DNA of 64,000 nt. It comes from Chloroflexota bacterium (GTDB lineage: Bacteria > Chloroflexota > Anaerolineae > UBA2200). The notes below the pieces were generated by a model that saw only the letters and a program-made list of their open reading frames with translations, did no database searches and was not told the origin of the DNA. Positions 39,557 through 51,066 of the stretch are shown piece by piece. Position 1 is the first letter of the stretch; every line of letters begins with the position of its first letter. The stretch lies in contig JACIWX010000003.1 of the NCBI GenBank assembly GCA_014360755.1, forward strand, positions 27,678-91,677. The letters run 5' to 3'. The position numbers and the translations under genes were made by a program.

Positions 39557-41308
39557 TTACTGTGCCCTCAAGTTCGCAATGGTTATGCGGTTGAGCAAAC
39601 CGATGCCAGGCTGCGCACTCCAACCCGTGAAATGCTCTTCCCGATACAGGTTCAGCACACGGGGGACATATAGAGGAATCTGTGGCAAGTCAGCAGCCAA
39701 GACTGCTTGGAGTTTGCACAACAGTTCCCGTTTCTCTTCGACGTCCCGCGCTTGCTGTAAGGCTTCGACCATTTCGTCGTATTGGGGGTTGGCATAGCCG
39801 CCATAGTTCAAGCCGGAGACTCGCTCATCTCTCAGTACCCCACACGTGCTATGGAAATAGAAAAAAGCCATCTCGGGCTCTTGAAGCGATAAGCGATGTA
39901 GAATCACGTGAAATTGAGCCTGCATGAGTATGGGCATTATGAGAGCCTGATCCACAGGTTCTGCCTTTGCTGCAATGCCTATAGCCTTCCAATTTGTGGC
40001 TATCCTTTCCCCAATCTCCAAAGCAATATCCTGTTTGGGACACGTAATCGGTATCTGTAAGGCGCTGCCATCCGGGTTTTCCCGCATTCCATCGCCATCT
40101 CTGTCAATAAATCCCGCTGCAGATAATTTTGCGGCTGCTTCCTGTGGGTCGAAGGCAATAGGGAAGATATCGGTATTATGCCAAGGGGAAGCAGGGGGAA
40201 AAAGCCCTGCTGCTACATCTCCAAAACCCATAAGGGCTTGATCTATGATGGCTTGGGTGTCGAGAGCCTCCGCCAGAGCACGGCGCAACACTGGATTGTC
40301 AAATGGCGCAATGCGCAGGTTGAAAAGCAATGTCACTATGGATAGGCCCGGGGCTTCTGCCATGCGGATGCCCGGATAGTCTTCTGGATGATCTCGCACA
40401 TCACGGGCTTGTGCTGGCGTGATTTCCCAACCTAGTGCATCTAACTTGCCATCTTTCAGCGCTTGCAGGGCTTTGCTTTCGTCGTGTTGAATTTCCAGAA
40501 CCAGGGTCCCAATGCTCGGTTGACCGCTGGGATGAATCCCCGTATTGCGCAAGATCAGCCGCTCTCCAGGTATGTGCTCTACCAAGAGAAAAGGTCCTGA
40601 TCCCACAGGGTTGTCCAGGTTAGCATAGTGAAGAGGGTCATCGAGGCGCTCCCAGAGCGTAGCGGGAACAATAGGTAGGCTTGTGCCAAGAAGGCGTACA
40701 GGATCGGGCCATGTAGTAAACAGCGTGAATTCTACCTCTGTGCGGCTGATGGCTTCCGCACGGTGGACGAGAGCAGCCAACCGCGTAAATCCTGGGAATC
40801 CATTCTGCTGTACAAGTCGGAAAGAAAAGACCACGTCGGCTGCCGTTACAGCTTCGCCGTTGTGCCACTTGGCTTGAGGGTTGAGTGTAAACGAGAGCCT
40901 GCTCCCATCGGGTGTCAGCTCCCAATGCTCTGCCAAGTTGGGACGCAAGTCTCCATGTGCATCGGACTCCAAAAGGGTATCGTAAAGCAGGCTCACAACA
41001 AACTCTTCGCTCACGTTTTGGGCAAGGTATGGATTTAGAGTCTGGATATTCTCACGGATAGCCAGGTGTAGTTCTCCAGCGGTGGGAAAGGGCGTGTTCG
41101 TTGCCATAGGTGTGACAGGCCTCACAACCGTGAGTGAGGGGGTGGAATCAGAGGTAGAGGCAACGGTCGGCGTGCTGCCCAAGGAGCGAAGAGATGTCAA
41201 TGCCTCACGCCCATGGGGTGAAGCGCAAGCGGCTAGCAGCATGCAGCCTACTATCAGGATAAGCGCTAATGCCCACTGCGATCGGTTTTTTGTCAATGGA
41301 TTGACCAT
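39557..41308 (-). CDS. ABC transporter substrate-binding lipoprotein, family 5 (orphan; no permease or ATPase adjacent)
   Basis: Lipobox LLAACAS, an S/T-rich linker and an SBP_bac_5 domain. Confidence 0.85.
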   Translation of the reverse strand: MVNPLTKNRSQWALALILIVGCMLLAACASPHGREALTSLRSLGSTPTVASTSDSTPSLTVVRPVTPMATNTPFPTAGELHLAIRENIQTLNPYLAQNVSEEFVVSLLYDTLLESDAHGDLRPNLAEHWELTPDGSRLSFTLNPQAKWHNGEAVTAADVVFSFRLVQQNGFPGFTRLAALVHRAEAISRTEVEFTLFTTWPDPVRLLGTSLPIVPATLWERLDDPLHYANLDNPVGSGPFLLVEHIPGERLILRNTGIHPSGQPSIGTLVLEIQHDESKALQALKDGKLDALGWEITPAQARDVRDHPEDYPGIRMAEAPGLSIVTLLFNLRIAPFDNPVLRRALAEALDTQAIIDQALMGFGDVAAGLFPPASPWHNTDIFPIAFDPQEAAAKLSAAGFIDRDGDGMRENPDGSALQIPITCPKQDIALEIGERIATNWKAIGIAAKAEPVDQALIMPILMQAQFHVILHRLSLQEPEMAFFYFHSTCGVLRDERVSGLNYGGYANPQYDEMVEALQQARDVEEKRELLCKLQAVLAADLPQIPLYVPRVLNLYREEHFTGWSAQPGIGLLNRITIANLRAQ

Positions 41309-41419
41309 GTCACAATGATGTTATCATAGCGAGGTGCTTTTGTCAAAAGCCAGGGGGATTTTGCCCTTTCACCCTGAGTATGGTACTATTTGCCGCTGTA
41401 CCCGATGGGGTAAATCCTA

Positions 41420-42535
41420 TTGCAAGAGGGGAATTTTGTGATGTCTGATTCTGTTAAGAGTATCGTCTATTTAGAGGAAGCAGTGCAGGCTTTGCCACCT
41501 GAGGAGCAGGAACGTTTCCGACGCATCTTTCAGATCAATACCACGGTCGGCGAGCTTACACCACCACCTTCCATGTACGAATGGATCGAACGGTATTTTG
41601 GCTCTGTGGATGCGGTGCGCAAACAGCGCATTGTTAAGGTCACTAACCTGATCACTCTGGAAGGAGCTCTTTTCAACGAATTGCGCGCTAGCCGTCCTAT
41701 GGAAGCCAAAGCATCCGGCGACTTGGAGCAGACCATTCTGAGCAACGTTGGCGACCCTTTCTGCCGTCCTTTGGAGGGCACACCCGAGGATGTTTTTGGT
41801 CGCATTAAGGGCAGATACTGTGTTACTGCTTCTAACGTGGCAAAATACGATGGTTTCCATGGCTTAGTTATTTTTGATGAGCATCATCCATTGCGCTTTA
41901 CTGAGGAAGGGGTCAGAGATTATATTGATACTGCCCTGGCATGGGCACGAAAAGCGCATTGCGTGGACAAAGAGGCGCGGTACTTTTTCCTCATGTGGAA
42001 CTGTTTATGGAAAAGCGGCGCTTCCATTCTGCACGGTCATGCACAGATGACCTTGAGCCGGGGCATCCATTATGCCAAGATAGAGCACCTGCGGCGCGCT
42101 GCGCTGCTCTATAGCATAGCACATGGTGTGAATTATTTTGATGATCTATACGCGGTGCATAAAGCTCTGGGACTCGCTGTGCTCTCCAATGGAGTGCGTG
42201 TCTTGGCTTACCTCGCTCCGATCAAAGAGAAGGAAGTTATCCTGATCTCCGAGCGCCTGGACGACGCATTGAAACACGCTATCTATCAAGTCTTGCAGTG
42301 CTTTGTTGGAGCCTTGGGAGTGACTAGCTTCAACCTTGCCCTGTGTATGAGGCCCATAGATAGCGTACCAGAGGACTGGCGAGGATTTCCTGTTCTAGTG
42401 CGTGTGGTTGACCGCGGGGATCCAAATAACAGGACTGCTGATTTTGCCGCCATGGAACTTTATGCCAGCAGTGTCATCTCCAGTGACCCATTCCATGTCG
42501 CTCAGGCACTGGCCAAGTCCCTCGGCAACTCTTAA
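41420..42535 (+). CDS. Hypothetical protein with a GalT/HIT-superfamily-like HxHxQ motif (HGHAQM); possible nucleotidyltransferase or phosphorylase
   Basis: DPFCRPLEG... and ILHGHAQMT resemble the CPFCxGNE and HPHGQ motifs of galactose-1-phosphate uridylyltransferase-like enzymes. The assignment is weak. Confidence 0.4.
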   Translation: MQEGNFVMSDSVKSIVYLEEAVQALPPEEQERFRRIFQINTTVGELTPPPSMYEWIERYFGSVDAVRKQRIVKVTNLITLEGALFNELRASRPMEAKASGDLEQTILSNVGDPFCRPLEGTPEDVFGRIKGRYCVTASNVAKYDGFHGLVIFDEHHPLRFTEEGVRDYIDTALAWARKAHCVDKEARYFFLMWNCLWKSGASILHGHAQMTLSRGIHYAKIEHLRRAALLYSIAHGVNYFDDLYAVHKALGLAVLSNGVRVLAYLAPIKEKEVILISERLDDALKHAIYQVLQCFVGALGVTSFNLALCMRPIDSVPEDWRGFPVLVRVVDRGDPNNRTADFAAMELYASSVISSDPFHVAQALAKSLGNS

Positions 42536-42544
42536 TCAGGTGCT

Positions 42545-42778
42545 TTATTCAGCTTTTTCAACCTTGATTTTGGTGACCCGCTTCTCGGGTTTGGTTTCCA
42601 ATTTCTCAATGGCTGCATCGAGCAAACTGCGCGCAGCGAGCAATGCCTCGCGGCCAGCAGCACGGCTATGCTCCCAGAACGCTTCCGGAAGCAAAGTCCT
42701 CTTGGTCACCCAGGAACACATGCCCTTTGCACCATTGGACAGCCATTCCCTGAAGCGAAATTCTTGCTCTTGCACCAT
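42545..42778 (-). CDS. Small hypothetical protein (77 aa)
   Basis: The ORF has protein-like composition with a charged C-terminus. No family call. Confidence 0.3.
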   Translation of the reverse strand: MVQEQEFRFREWLSNGAKGMCSWVTKRTLLPEAFWEHSRAAGREALLAARSLLDAAIEKLETKPEKRVTKIKVEKAE

Positions 42779-42871
42779 GGTTATTCACCTCCTCTAACTC
42801 CATAGTGTCAAGATTTGTCTGATACAAATATTATAAAACGAGCAACGAATAGGACAAAATCTTTAGGGGAA

Positions 42872-44284
42872 TTACCAGTTTGACATGAAATAATCCCGGG
42901 GCATACTTTTCGGAGGCGGCCTAGGCAAAACGGAAGCCAATTCAGCCAATGTAGCCACGCATGCTTTGGAAAACTCGACCATCATCTGCGTCTGCAGGCG
43001 CGACAAGGTATCGTTGGTCGAATGATAATAGGGATTGAAATCCTGAAAGTCTTCAATGCCAAGGATGGCTGGATATCCCTGGTTCCAAAAGGAAGCATGG
43101 TCGCTGCGACCGATTGCGCCATTTGTAATTTTCTCAGGGCGAAGGAGCAGGCTATATTTAGCGATTTGGTTCATGAACACATCGGCCAAGGCTATGGAGG
43201 CAGGATTCATTCCTGCATGTATTTCCACGATGTGGTCATTAGGCGGTACGCTTTCATAGGCAATCATATCCAGGTTGATAACCCCGGCAATCACATCGCC
43301 GCGTTGTGCTGCCTGAGCAGCATAATGGGCGCTGCCAAGCAACCCTTGCTCTTCTCCCGCGAAATGGACGAAACGTAGGGTATGGGAATAAGAATAGCGG
43401 CTCAGGACACGTGCTGCTTCCAGCACCGCAGCCGAGCCACTGGCATTGTCATCGGCACCAGGGGCGATATGATATGGGTCATTCGAAGTGGAATCATAAT
43501 GGGCACAGAGGATATAGATATGATCGCTCGCAGGCCCCATTCCTGGCAATTCGGCTACCACGTTGGTCATCACGTGGCTATTGTGGAGGAATGGCTCATA
43601 AGTTACCCGCATGCCTAGTGCCTTGTACTGCTGATAAATATATTGCGCTGCCTCATTAAGTTTGGCCGCCGCATACGAATAACGCGTTCCCCGTTCATTG
43701 CAGTACTCCAAACAGTCGTCATCCTGGAGTTTACAGACGTGGTGGATCAACAGGGTTGGTGACACAGCATCCACCATTGCCTGGATATTACGACGGTACG
43801 CGAGTTTTCCCGCAGGCTGATAGGCATCTGGCAACACTCTACTGAGCACGACCGCGGTGGGAAGCTTCGCGACCTGGATTCCTTTCCTGGCTAGGCTCTC
43901 TACTTGAGCGATTGTGGCTTTGACGATGTAGACGCCCCTTCCGTATGGATACAAGGCTTCTACTGGAGGCCATTGGGCTAAATCATCCCCTGGAGTAGGA
44001 TAAGCCAGGTAGTAGTGTTTTAGATCGGTGTCAGGCTTGGTGTCCAGAACTTGGACCTGAAACCCAGACCGGTGCAATCGCTCGATCTGCTCGTCAGAGC
44101 ATAGGGCTGCAAGGACATTTCCTTGATAGTTGATGATTTGCAATCCCCAGGATGCCAACTGCTGGAGCTGTTCCCATCCCACGTAGGAGACAACTACCAG
44201 GCGCAGGTCTTCCTGCGCATGAACCACCGCAACCAATAGCGCTGTAAGTAGCAGAATAACGGCGATTGTATGAATAAAGCGCAT
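42872..44284 (-). CDS. M28 family peptidase (secreted aminopeptidase)
   Basis: Signal peptide plus M28 zinc-ligand motifs (HYDS, GADDNASG, AGEEQGLLGS). Confidence 0.8.
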   Translation of the reverse strand: MRFIHTIAVILLLTALLVAVVHAQEDLRLVVVSYVGWEQLQQLASWGLQIINYQGNVLAALCSDEQIERLHRSGFQVQVLDTKPDTDLKHYYLAYPTPGDDLAQWPPVEALYPYGRGVYIVKATIAQVESLARKGIQVAKLPTAVVLSRVLPDAYQPAGKLAYRRNIQAMVDAVSPTLLIHHVCKLQDDDCLEYCNERGTRYSYAAAKLNEAAQYIYQQYKALGMRVTYEPFLHNSHVMTNVVAELPGMGPASDHIYILCAHYDSTSNDPYHIAPGADDNASGSAAVLEAARVLSRYSYSHTLRFVHFAGEEQGLLGSAHYAAQAAQRGDVIAGVINLDMIAYESVPPNDHIVEIHAGMNPASIALADVFMNQIAKYSLLLRPEKITNGAIGRSDHASFWNQGYPAILGIEDFQDFNPYYHSTNDTLSRLQTQMMVEFSKACVATLAELASVLPRPPPKSMPRDYFMSNW

Positions 44285-44292
44285 GTTGCCCC

Positions 44293-44895
44293 TTATGGAT
44301 GAACAGTATGCTCAATCAAGAAACTCAGGATTAACGCCAGGATGCCGGCAGCGATCATTTTCAAGCCAGCAAGGAACACGTTCTGCTTAGCTATCTTGCC
44401 CAGAAACGCTCCTAGGGCGAACAAAGAAGACAAGGCAATAGCCAGCGCAGAGTAATAGCTATACAGGATATTGCCCCACAGATAAGTGAGGAAGAAAGGC
44501 AATAAGACAAGGAAAGAAGCGAGAAGCGGAGCAAGGCCGTCCACCATGGCAACGATGACCACCGCCACGCGTGCTGCGCGCCCGATACGCGTATTGCTAA
44601 GGTCAGCAAGTGTGTACTCTTCCAGGTCATCCAGGCTGCGTTGACGTTCGGCAGACTCAGTAAGGTATGCCCCCCATAGACCGGAAATCGCCATGGAGAC
44701 GCTAGTAGCCAGGCCCGTGATAATGACAACAGTTGGCTCCCGCACATGTGCCAGATAGTTACCCATTAGCACGCCCAAGATCGTCAGGACACCATCGAAA
44801 GAATTCATAGCGAAGTAACGGCGGGCTATCTCGCCAACGTCGGCGACTTCCTGATATTCTTTGAGGCGTTTTAGTTTGCTCCGCAGATGTATCAT
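44293..44895 (-). CDS. VIT1/CCC1 family (DUF125) membrane protein, putative Fe/Mn transporter
   Basis: Five transmembrane segments with an N-terminal cytosolic segment and the G-rich TM pattern of the VIT family. Confidence 0.6.
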   Translation of the reverse strand: MIHLRSKLKRLKEYQEVADVGEIARRYFAMNSFDGVLTILGVLMGNYLAHVREPTVVIITGLATSVSMAISGLWGAYLTESAERQRSLDDLEEYTLADLSNTRIGRAARVAVVIVAMVDGLAPLLASFLVLLPFFLTYLWGNILYSYYSALAIALSSLFALGAFLGKIAKQNVFLAGLKMIAAGILALILSFLIEHTVHP

Positions 44896-44954
44896 TTACC
44901 GGAATAGAGATGGCTTTTCCTTATGCGCAGGGGGTAGACGCTGGGAAACTGTCC

Positions 44955-45251
44955 TTATCCCAGCGGATCCTGCGGCGTTTCTGCATCTTCGATGATCATG
45001 CGGCCTGCTACCACTTCATCAATGGAGTGCACGGTGCCACCATTTTCACCGATCACTTTCAGGATATCATCATAATGAAGGTCATTGCCTTCCACAGTGA
45101 TCTTGGCGTTTTCGACCCTCCGATCCATCTCGTAAATGCTGATATTCACTGCCTCTACACCAGGCAGTTCGCTCAGCTCTCCGGCTACCTCAATGATAGA
45201 GGGCTCATGAGGCTTCAACACATCCAGAACCAACCTGCGAATCTTGCCCAT
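44955..45251 (-). CDS. DUF211 domain protein
   Basis: RRLVLDVLKPHEPSI... matches the DUF211 N-terminus as I recall it. About 98 aa. Confidence 0.55.
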   Translation of the reverse strand: MGKIRRLVLDVLKPHEPSIIEVAGELSELPGVEAVNISIYEMDRRVENAKITVEGNDLHYDDILKVIGENGGTVHSIDEVVAGRMIIEDAETPQDPLG

Positions 45252-45266
45252 CTAATCCAACTCCTC

Positions 45267-46094
45267 CTACCCGTTCGTTAGCTCCTCCAGGGATATTTGT
45301 CCTTTTGGCATGCTTTGATGAGAAAGCGCCTTCTCGATGCGGCGCGCAAAGACCAGGTAACCCGTATGTGCTACCATACGATCTGCGGGACGCAGACGGG
45401 CTGCTACCGGCTTATAGGGGCGCAGTAGAATCTCGCTCACTTCGATGTCACCGAAATAGCTGCTCTCCAGCGCAGCGATCAGCTCCGAAACCTGATTGGC
45501 GGTTGGGACAATCGCTCCAAAGAAGCCCCCTTCTGCCAAGGCATTCCACACCGCTTGCAGATACAGCCATGGAGTGCGTACATCCAAGAATGCAGCGTCT
45601 ATATCTCGCTCATCGAAGCCCGTTGCAATATCCCGCTGTTTCAACTCTACCCATTCCTGAAGGCCGGTGTCAGCCAGGTTTCGTGCCGCTACACGCAACA
45701 TGTCTTCACGGATTTCATAAGAGTACACGCGCCCATTGGGACGGACCGCGTGTGCCAATGCAATCGTGAGCGCACCACTGCCAGTGCCGGCTTCTATAAT
45801 GCGGCACCCTGGGCCCACGTTCAACTTCAGCAGGATGTAACCAATCTCTTTAGGATACACGATCTGTGAGACGCGCTCTATGCTCATGATCATATCATGA
45901 AGCGAAGGGCGCAATGCGAGAAGCGGATAACCCAAGTGAGTGGTCAAGGAAATGCCAGGTAATTGCCCAATCAAGTCATTGTGGTGAATCAAGCCGTGGT
46001 GGGTATGCTGTACTTGATCCCGCTGCAAGCGCATCAAGAAGCGCTTACGACCAAGGAGGATAAGAACGGTTTCTCCCTCGCTAAAGACACGCAT
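45267..46094 (-). CDS. trmI: tRNA (adenine-N1)-methyltransferase TrmI
   Basis: IIEAGTGSGALT SAM motif I and a Gcd14-like N-terminal beta domain. The start was chosen at the M that abuts the upstream mazG-like stop. Confidence 0.8.
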   Translation of the reverse strand: MRVFSEGETVLILLGRKRFLMRLQRDQVQHTHHGLIHHNDLIGQLPGISLTTHLGYPLLALRPSLHDMIMSIERVSQIVYPKEIGYILLKLNVGPGCRIIEAGTGSGALTIALAHAVRPNGRVYSYEIREDMLRVAARNLADTGLQEWVELKQRDIATGFDERDIDAAFLDVRTPWLYLQAVWNALAEGGFFGAIVPTANQVSELIAALESSYFGDIEVSEILLRPYKPVAARLRPADRMVAHTGYLVFARRIEKALSHQSMPKGQISLEELTNG

Positions 46095-46095
46095 C

Positions 46096-46404
46096 TTATC
46101 CGCCACGCACCGTGCCATATTTATAAGGCCGAGACCAGTTGACCTCCATCTTGTGCTCAAATAGCTCTTCGGCATCCAGCCCCAGGGCAGAGAGCAAGTG
46201 CAGAATACGGATCACCGCATCAATCAATTCTTCTCCGACCTTGTCCAGAGGTTGCCCCTTCTTATAGGCATCGGTTGCCTCTGATACTTCGGTGTGGATC
46301 AAAGCAAGCATTTCCCAGATACGCGCCGGGTCAGAGGAAAAACCTTTGGCATCAGCCATCTCGCGCACCTGCCGCATCTTGATATTCAATCCCTCATCTC
46401 GCAT
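46096..46404 (-). CDS. MazG-like nucleotide pyrophosphohydrolase family protein
   Basis: EVSEATDAYKKG...ELIDAVIRIL matches the MazG/NTP-PPase EExxE/D helix motif pair. About 102 aa. Confidence 0.6.
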   Translation of the reverse strand: MRDEGLNIKMRQVREMADAKGFSSDPARIWEMLALIHTEVSEATDAYKKGQPLDKVGEELIDAVIRILHLLSALGLDAEELFEHKMEVNWSRPYKYGTVRGG

Positions 46405-46504
46405 CTGTACTCCTCTCCCCAGTTGCCAGCGCTCGGTCCCGCTGCTAGCGGCAAAAATCGTAGGGCTGGGAACGTGTTTCCCAAGCAGGATACTAGAGAA
46501 CTAC

Positions 46505-47950
<1,446 letters not shown>

Positions 47951-47965
47951 TTACAATAAGTTAGT

Positions 47966-49786
47966 TCAGTCTAATGGCTCTCCTGATTCATCACCCAGGA
48001 GGTGAGATGGACGGAAAGGAACTGGAAGCAATTCGCGTAAGGTATATACCTTATGATTGCCTGAAACATCCGTTGCCAGGACGCGCATCTCCGGCCCGAA
48101 CTCGGCGAGCACCTGCCGACAGGCACCACACGGTGCTCCCCCGTTCTCAGTAACTACTGCTATGGCAACAAACTCGCGTTCACCATCGCAGACTGCCTTC
48201 AATGCGGCTACTCGTTCCGCACAAACAGTCAAACCGTAAGATACATTTTCGACATTGCAACCGGTATAGACCTTGCCCGAAGCGGTCAAAAGCGCTGCTC
48301 CTACCCGATAGTGCGAGTAAGGTGCATAGGCTTTCTGACGTGCCTCAATCGCCAGGGCAATAAGTTCTTTATCTTCCACGTTTTTCTCCTTGTTCGTTTG
48401 GTGTGGAGATGGATCTGCATCGCTGGCGGCCTCTGTTCCGCTCCCCATCTTGGGCTTCACCCGGGCTGGTACCCCGTAAGCCGTGCTATCCGGCGGTATA
48501 TCGCGGGTGACCACCGAACCTGCCCCAATTCGCGCCCGTGCTCCAATACGCACTGGCGCTACCAACATGGTGTCGCTGCCAATAAATGCCCCATCCTCTA
48601 TCACCGTACGATGCTTTTTAATGCCATCAAAATTGCAGGTAACAGTCCCTGCACCAATGTTTACATCAGCCCCTATCGTAGCATCCCCAATGTAACTGAA
48701 ATGTCCCATCTTTACGCCTGGGCCGAGGTAAGAGGCCTTGACCTCGCCAAAGTTGCCCATGTGCACGCCCTCGGCCAAATGGGCTCCTGGACGCAGGTGA
48801 GCAAAAGGCCCGATGGAGACTTGGTTTTCCACGATTGCGCCTTCAATCACAGAGGCTTCAAGACGGCAGTCATTTCCAATCGTGGAATCGCGGATGATCG
48901 TATTCGGCCCCACCAGGCAGTTCGACCCAATACGGGTAGTGCCTTGTAAATAGGTATTGGGATAGATCACCGTGTCTTGCCCCATCTGCACAGTGGCGTC
49001 AATATAGATGGAAGAGGGATTCACGAGAGTCACTCCGGCACGCATCCAATTTTCGCGGATGCGTTGCCGCACAACCTCCTCAACCTTAGCCAGGTGCAAC
49101 CGATCGTTGACCCCAAGGGTCTCCAGTGGGTCCTCAACCTGGATAGCCTCCACTGCATGGCCTTCGGCTACAGCCATGCCTACCAGATCGGTCAGGTAAT
49201 ATTCGCCTTTTGGGCTGCGTGGCAGCCGTGGTAAATGTGCCCAAAGCCAAGCGGCCTCAAAGCAATAGACGCCGGGGTTTAACTCTTGAATTGCCAATTG
49301 CTCTGGTGTTGCCTGACTTTCTTCGACGATGCCAATCACCCGTCCCTTTGCATCTCGCAGAATGCGACCAAATCCCATCGACTCCTCGTGCACACACGTG
49401 AGCATGGTGATTGGAGTTGAGCGCGTCTCATGAGCCCGAACCAGGGTGTGCAGTGTTGTACCCGAAAGCAACGGCATGTCTCCATACAGCACGAGAACTG
49501 CTTCTGCACGGCCTTCTAATTGCTCGCGTGTCTGAAGCACTGCGTGCCCTGTACCTAACTGTTGTTCTTGAAAAACATAGGTAACGGCGTCACCTAATGT
49601 CTGACGTACCAAGTCCGCTCCGTAGCCCACGACCAGCACAGGTTTCTCTTCACCCAATCCCATTACTGCGTTGAGGACGTATTTGACCATCGGCTGGCCA
49701 GCAATGGGATGCAAAACCTTGGGTAGTTTGGATTTCATCCGTGTGCCTTGTCCAGCGGCCAGTATCACTACCGCCAGCTTGTTCAT
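47966..49786 (-). CDS. glmU: Fusion protein: bifunctional GlmU (GlcNAc-1-P uridyltransferase and GlcN-1-P acetyltransferase) with a C-terminal cytidine deaminase domain
   Basis: A GlmU N-terminus (AVILAAGQGTRMKS, hexapeptide LbH domain) spans about 455 aa. After a ~25-aa linker comes a complete Cdd domain (AYAPYSHYRVGAALL, CAERVAAL, PCGACRQV) in the same frame with no stop. Confidence 0.85.
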   Translation of the reverse strand: MNKLAVVILAAGQGTRMKSKLPKVLHPIAGQPMVKYVLNAVMGLGEEKPVLVVGYGADLVRQTLGDAVTYVFQEQQLGTGHAVLQTREQLEGRAEAVLVLYGDMPLLSGTTLHTLVRAHETRSTPITMLTCVHEESMGFGRILRDAKGRVIGIVEESQATPEQLAIQELNPGVYCFEAAWLWAHLPRLPRSPKGEYYLTDLVGMAVAEGHAVEAIQVEDPLETLGVNDRLHLAKVEEVVRQRIRENWMRAGVTLVNPSSIYIDATVQMGQDTVIYPNTYLQGTTRIGSNCLVGPNTIIRDSTIGNDCRLEASVIEGAIVENQVSIGPFAHLRPGAHLAEGVHMGNFGEVKASYLGPGVKMGHFSYIGDATIGADVNIGAGTVTCNFDGIKKHRTVIEDGAFIGSDTMLVAPVRIGARARIGAGSVVTRDIPPDSTAYGVPARVKPKMGSGTEAASDADPSPHQTNKEKNVEDKELIALAIEARQKAYAPYSHYRVGAALLTASGKVYTGCNVENVSYGLTVCAERVAALKAVCDGEREFVAIAVVTENGGAPCGACRQVLAEFGPEMRVLATDVSGNHKVYTLRELLPVPFRPSHLLGDESGEPLD

Positions 49787-49877
49787 CCCGCCTCCACAGG
49801 AATATGAGTCCAAGAAACCCGTTCTCGCAGGGAAAACGGGTTTCTGAATCGCATTCTAGTACTTTGCGTATAAAGAA

Positions 49878-49948
49878 CTGGGGCGGGAGGGTTCGAACCT
49901 CCGTTAACGGATCCAAAGTCCGCTGTGCTACCATTGCACCACGCCCCA
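49878..49948 (-). tRNA. tRNA-Gln (anticodon UUG)
   Basis: The reverse complement folds as a cloverleaf: acceptor TGGGGCG/CGCCCCA (U1-A72, typical of tRNA-Gln), D stem GTGC/GCAC, anticodon stem GCGGA/TCCGT with loop CTTTGGA, and T arm GGAGG-TTCGAAC-CCTCC. CCA is not encoded. Confidence 0.85.
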
Positions 49949-50016
49949 AAACAATTACAACTTATTGTAACACAAACCAATCATATCTGCAAATGTACCG
50001 AATGATTTAGCGGGGA

Positions 50017-51066
50017 CTAAGCTGCTTTTCGCTGGCGCGACCGCAATTGCCCACATCCTGCTTGGATGTCAATGCCACGTCCCAAACGCACGGTGCTCGC
50101 GATGCCCATGCGATTCAGTTCACGTCGAAATGCCATAATTCGCTCGCGAGTAGATGGCTGATAATCGCATTCAGCAGTGGGATTCAGAGGGATGAGATTC
50201 ACATGGCAGAGCAAGCCTCGCAACAGATGGGCTAATTCCCTGGCTTGTCCTGGGTCGTCGTTAACTCCCTGGATCAGGGCATATTCGAAGCTAATGCGCC
50301 GGCCGGTGCGTTGCACATATTCCTGGCAAGCAGCGAGCAATTCTGCCAAGGGATAACGTTTGTTGATAGGCACTAGACGGTCGCGCAGTGCGTTGTTCGC
50401 TGCATGCAACGAGACTGCCAAACCCACGGAAAGCCCTTCCTGTGCCATACGGCGGATGCCCGGTACCAATCCTACCGTCGAGATAGTGAAGCGCCGTGCA
50501 CCTAAATTGAAGCCGCGATGGTCATTCAAAATTCGTATCGCTTGCCAGGTTGCCTCATAGTTGGCTAATGGCTCGCCCATGCCCATGAACACCACATTGG
50601 TAATGGCTGTCCCTTGCTCTTGCAATTGCCTGGCAAAATAGAGCACTTGGCCCACGATTTCACCGCCGCTCAAATTGCGCTTGAACCCGCTCTGGCCTGT
50701 AGCACAGAAGGGACAACCCAGTGCACAGCCCACTTGGGTCGAGACGCATACCGTATGGCGCCCCTCATAGTGCATGAGCACGCTTTCGATGGTATCGCCA
50801 TCCGGCAACTCCAGCAATACCTTGGTGGTTAAGCCATCCGCAGAAGTGAGGGTTTCCAGAGGCTGCAATGGCTGGATGATCGCCAAGTCGCTCCACTTCT
50901 GACGCAAACCCAATGGTAAATTGGTCATATCGGCAAAATCGAACACCAGCGAGTGGTAAATCCACGCGAAGAGTTGCTGAGCACGGAAGGAAGGCTCACC
51001 CTGCTCAGCAACCCAGGATGCTAGTTGCTCATAAGGCAAGTCCGTGAGTAGAATTTTGGCGCTCAT
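50017..51066 (-). CDS. rlmN: Dual-specificity RNA methyltransferase RlmN (radical SAM)
   Basis: CVSTQVGCALGCPFCATGQ radical-SAM cluster with the RlmN/Cfr family pattern. Confidence 0.9.
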   Translation of the reverse strand: MSAKILLTDLPYEQLASWVAEQGEPSFRAQQLFAWIYHSLVFDFADMTNLPLGLRQKWSDLAIIQPLQPLETLTSADGLTTKVLLELPDGDTIESVLMHYEGRHTVCVSTQVGCALGCPFCATGQSGFKRNLSGGEIVGQVLYFARQLQEQGTAITNVVFMGMGEPLANYEATWQAIRILNDHRGFNLGARRFTISTVGLVPGIRRMAQEGLSVGLAVSLHAANNALRDRLVPINKRYPLAELLAACQEYVQRTGRRISFEYALIQGVNDDPGQARELAHLLRGLLCHVNLIPLNPTAECDYQPSTRERIMAFRRELNRMGIASTVRLGRGIDIQAGCGQLRSRQRKAA

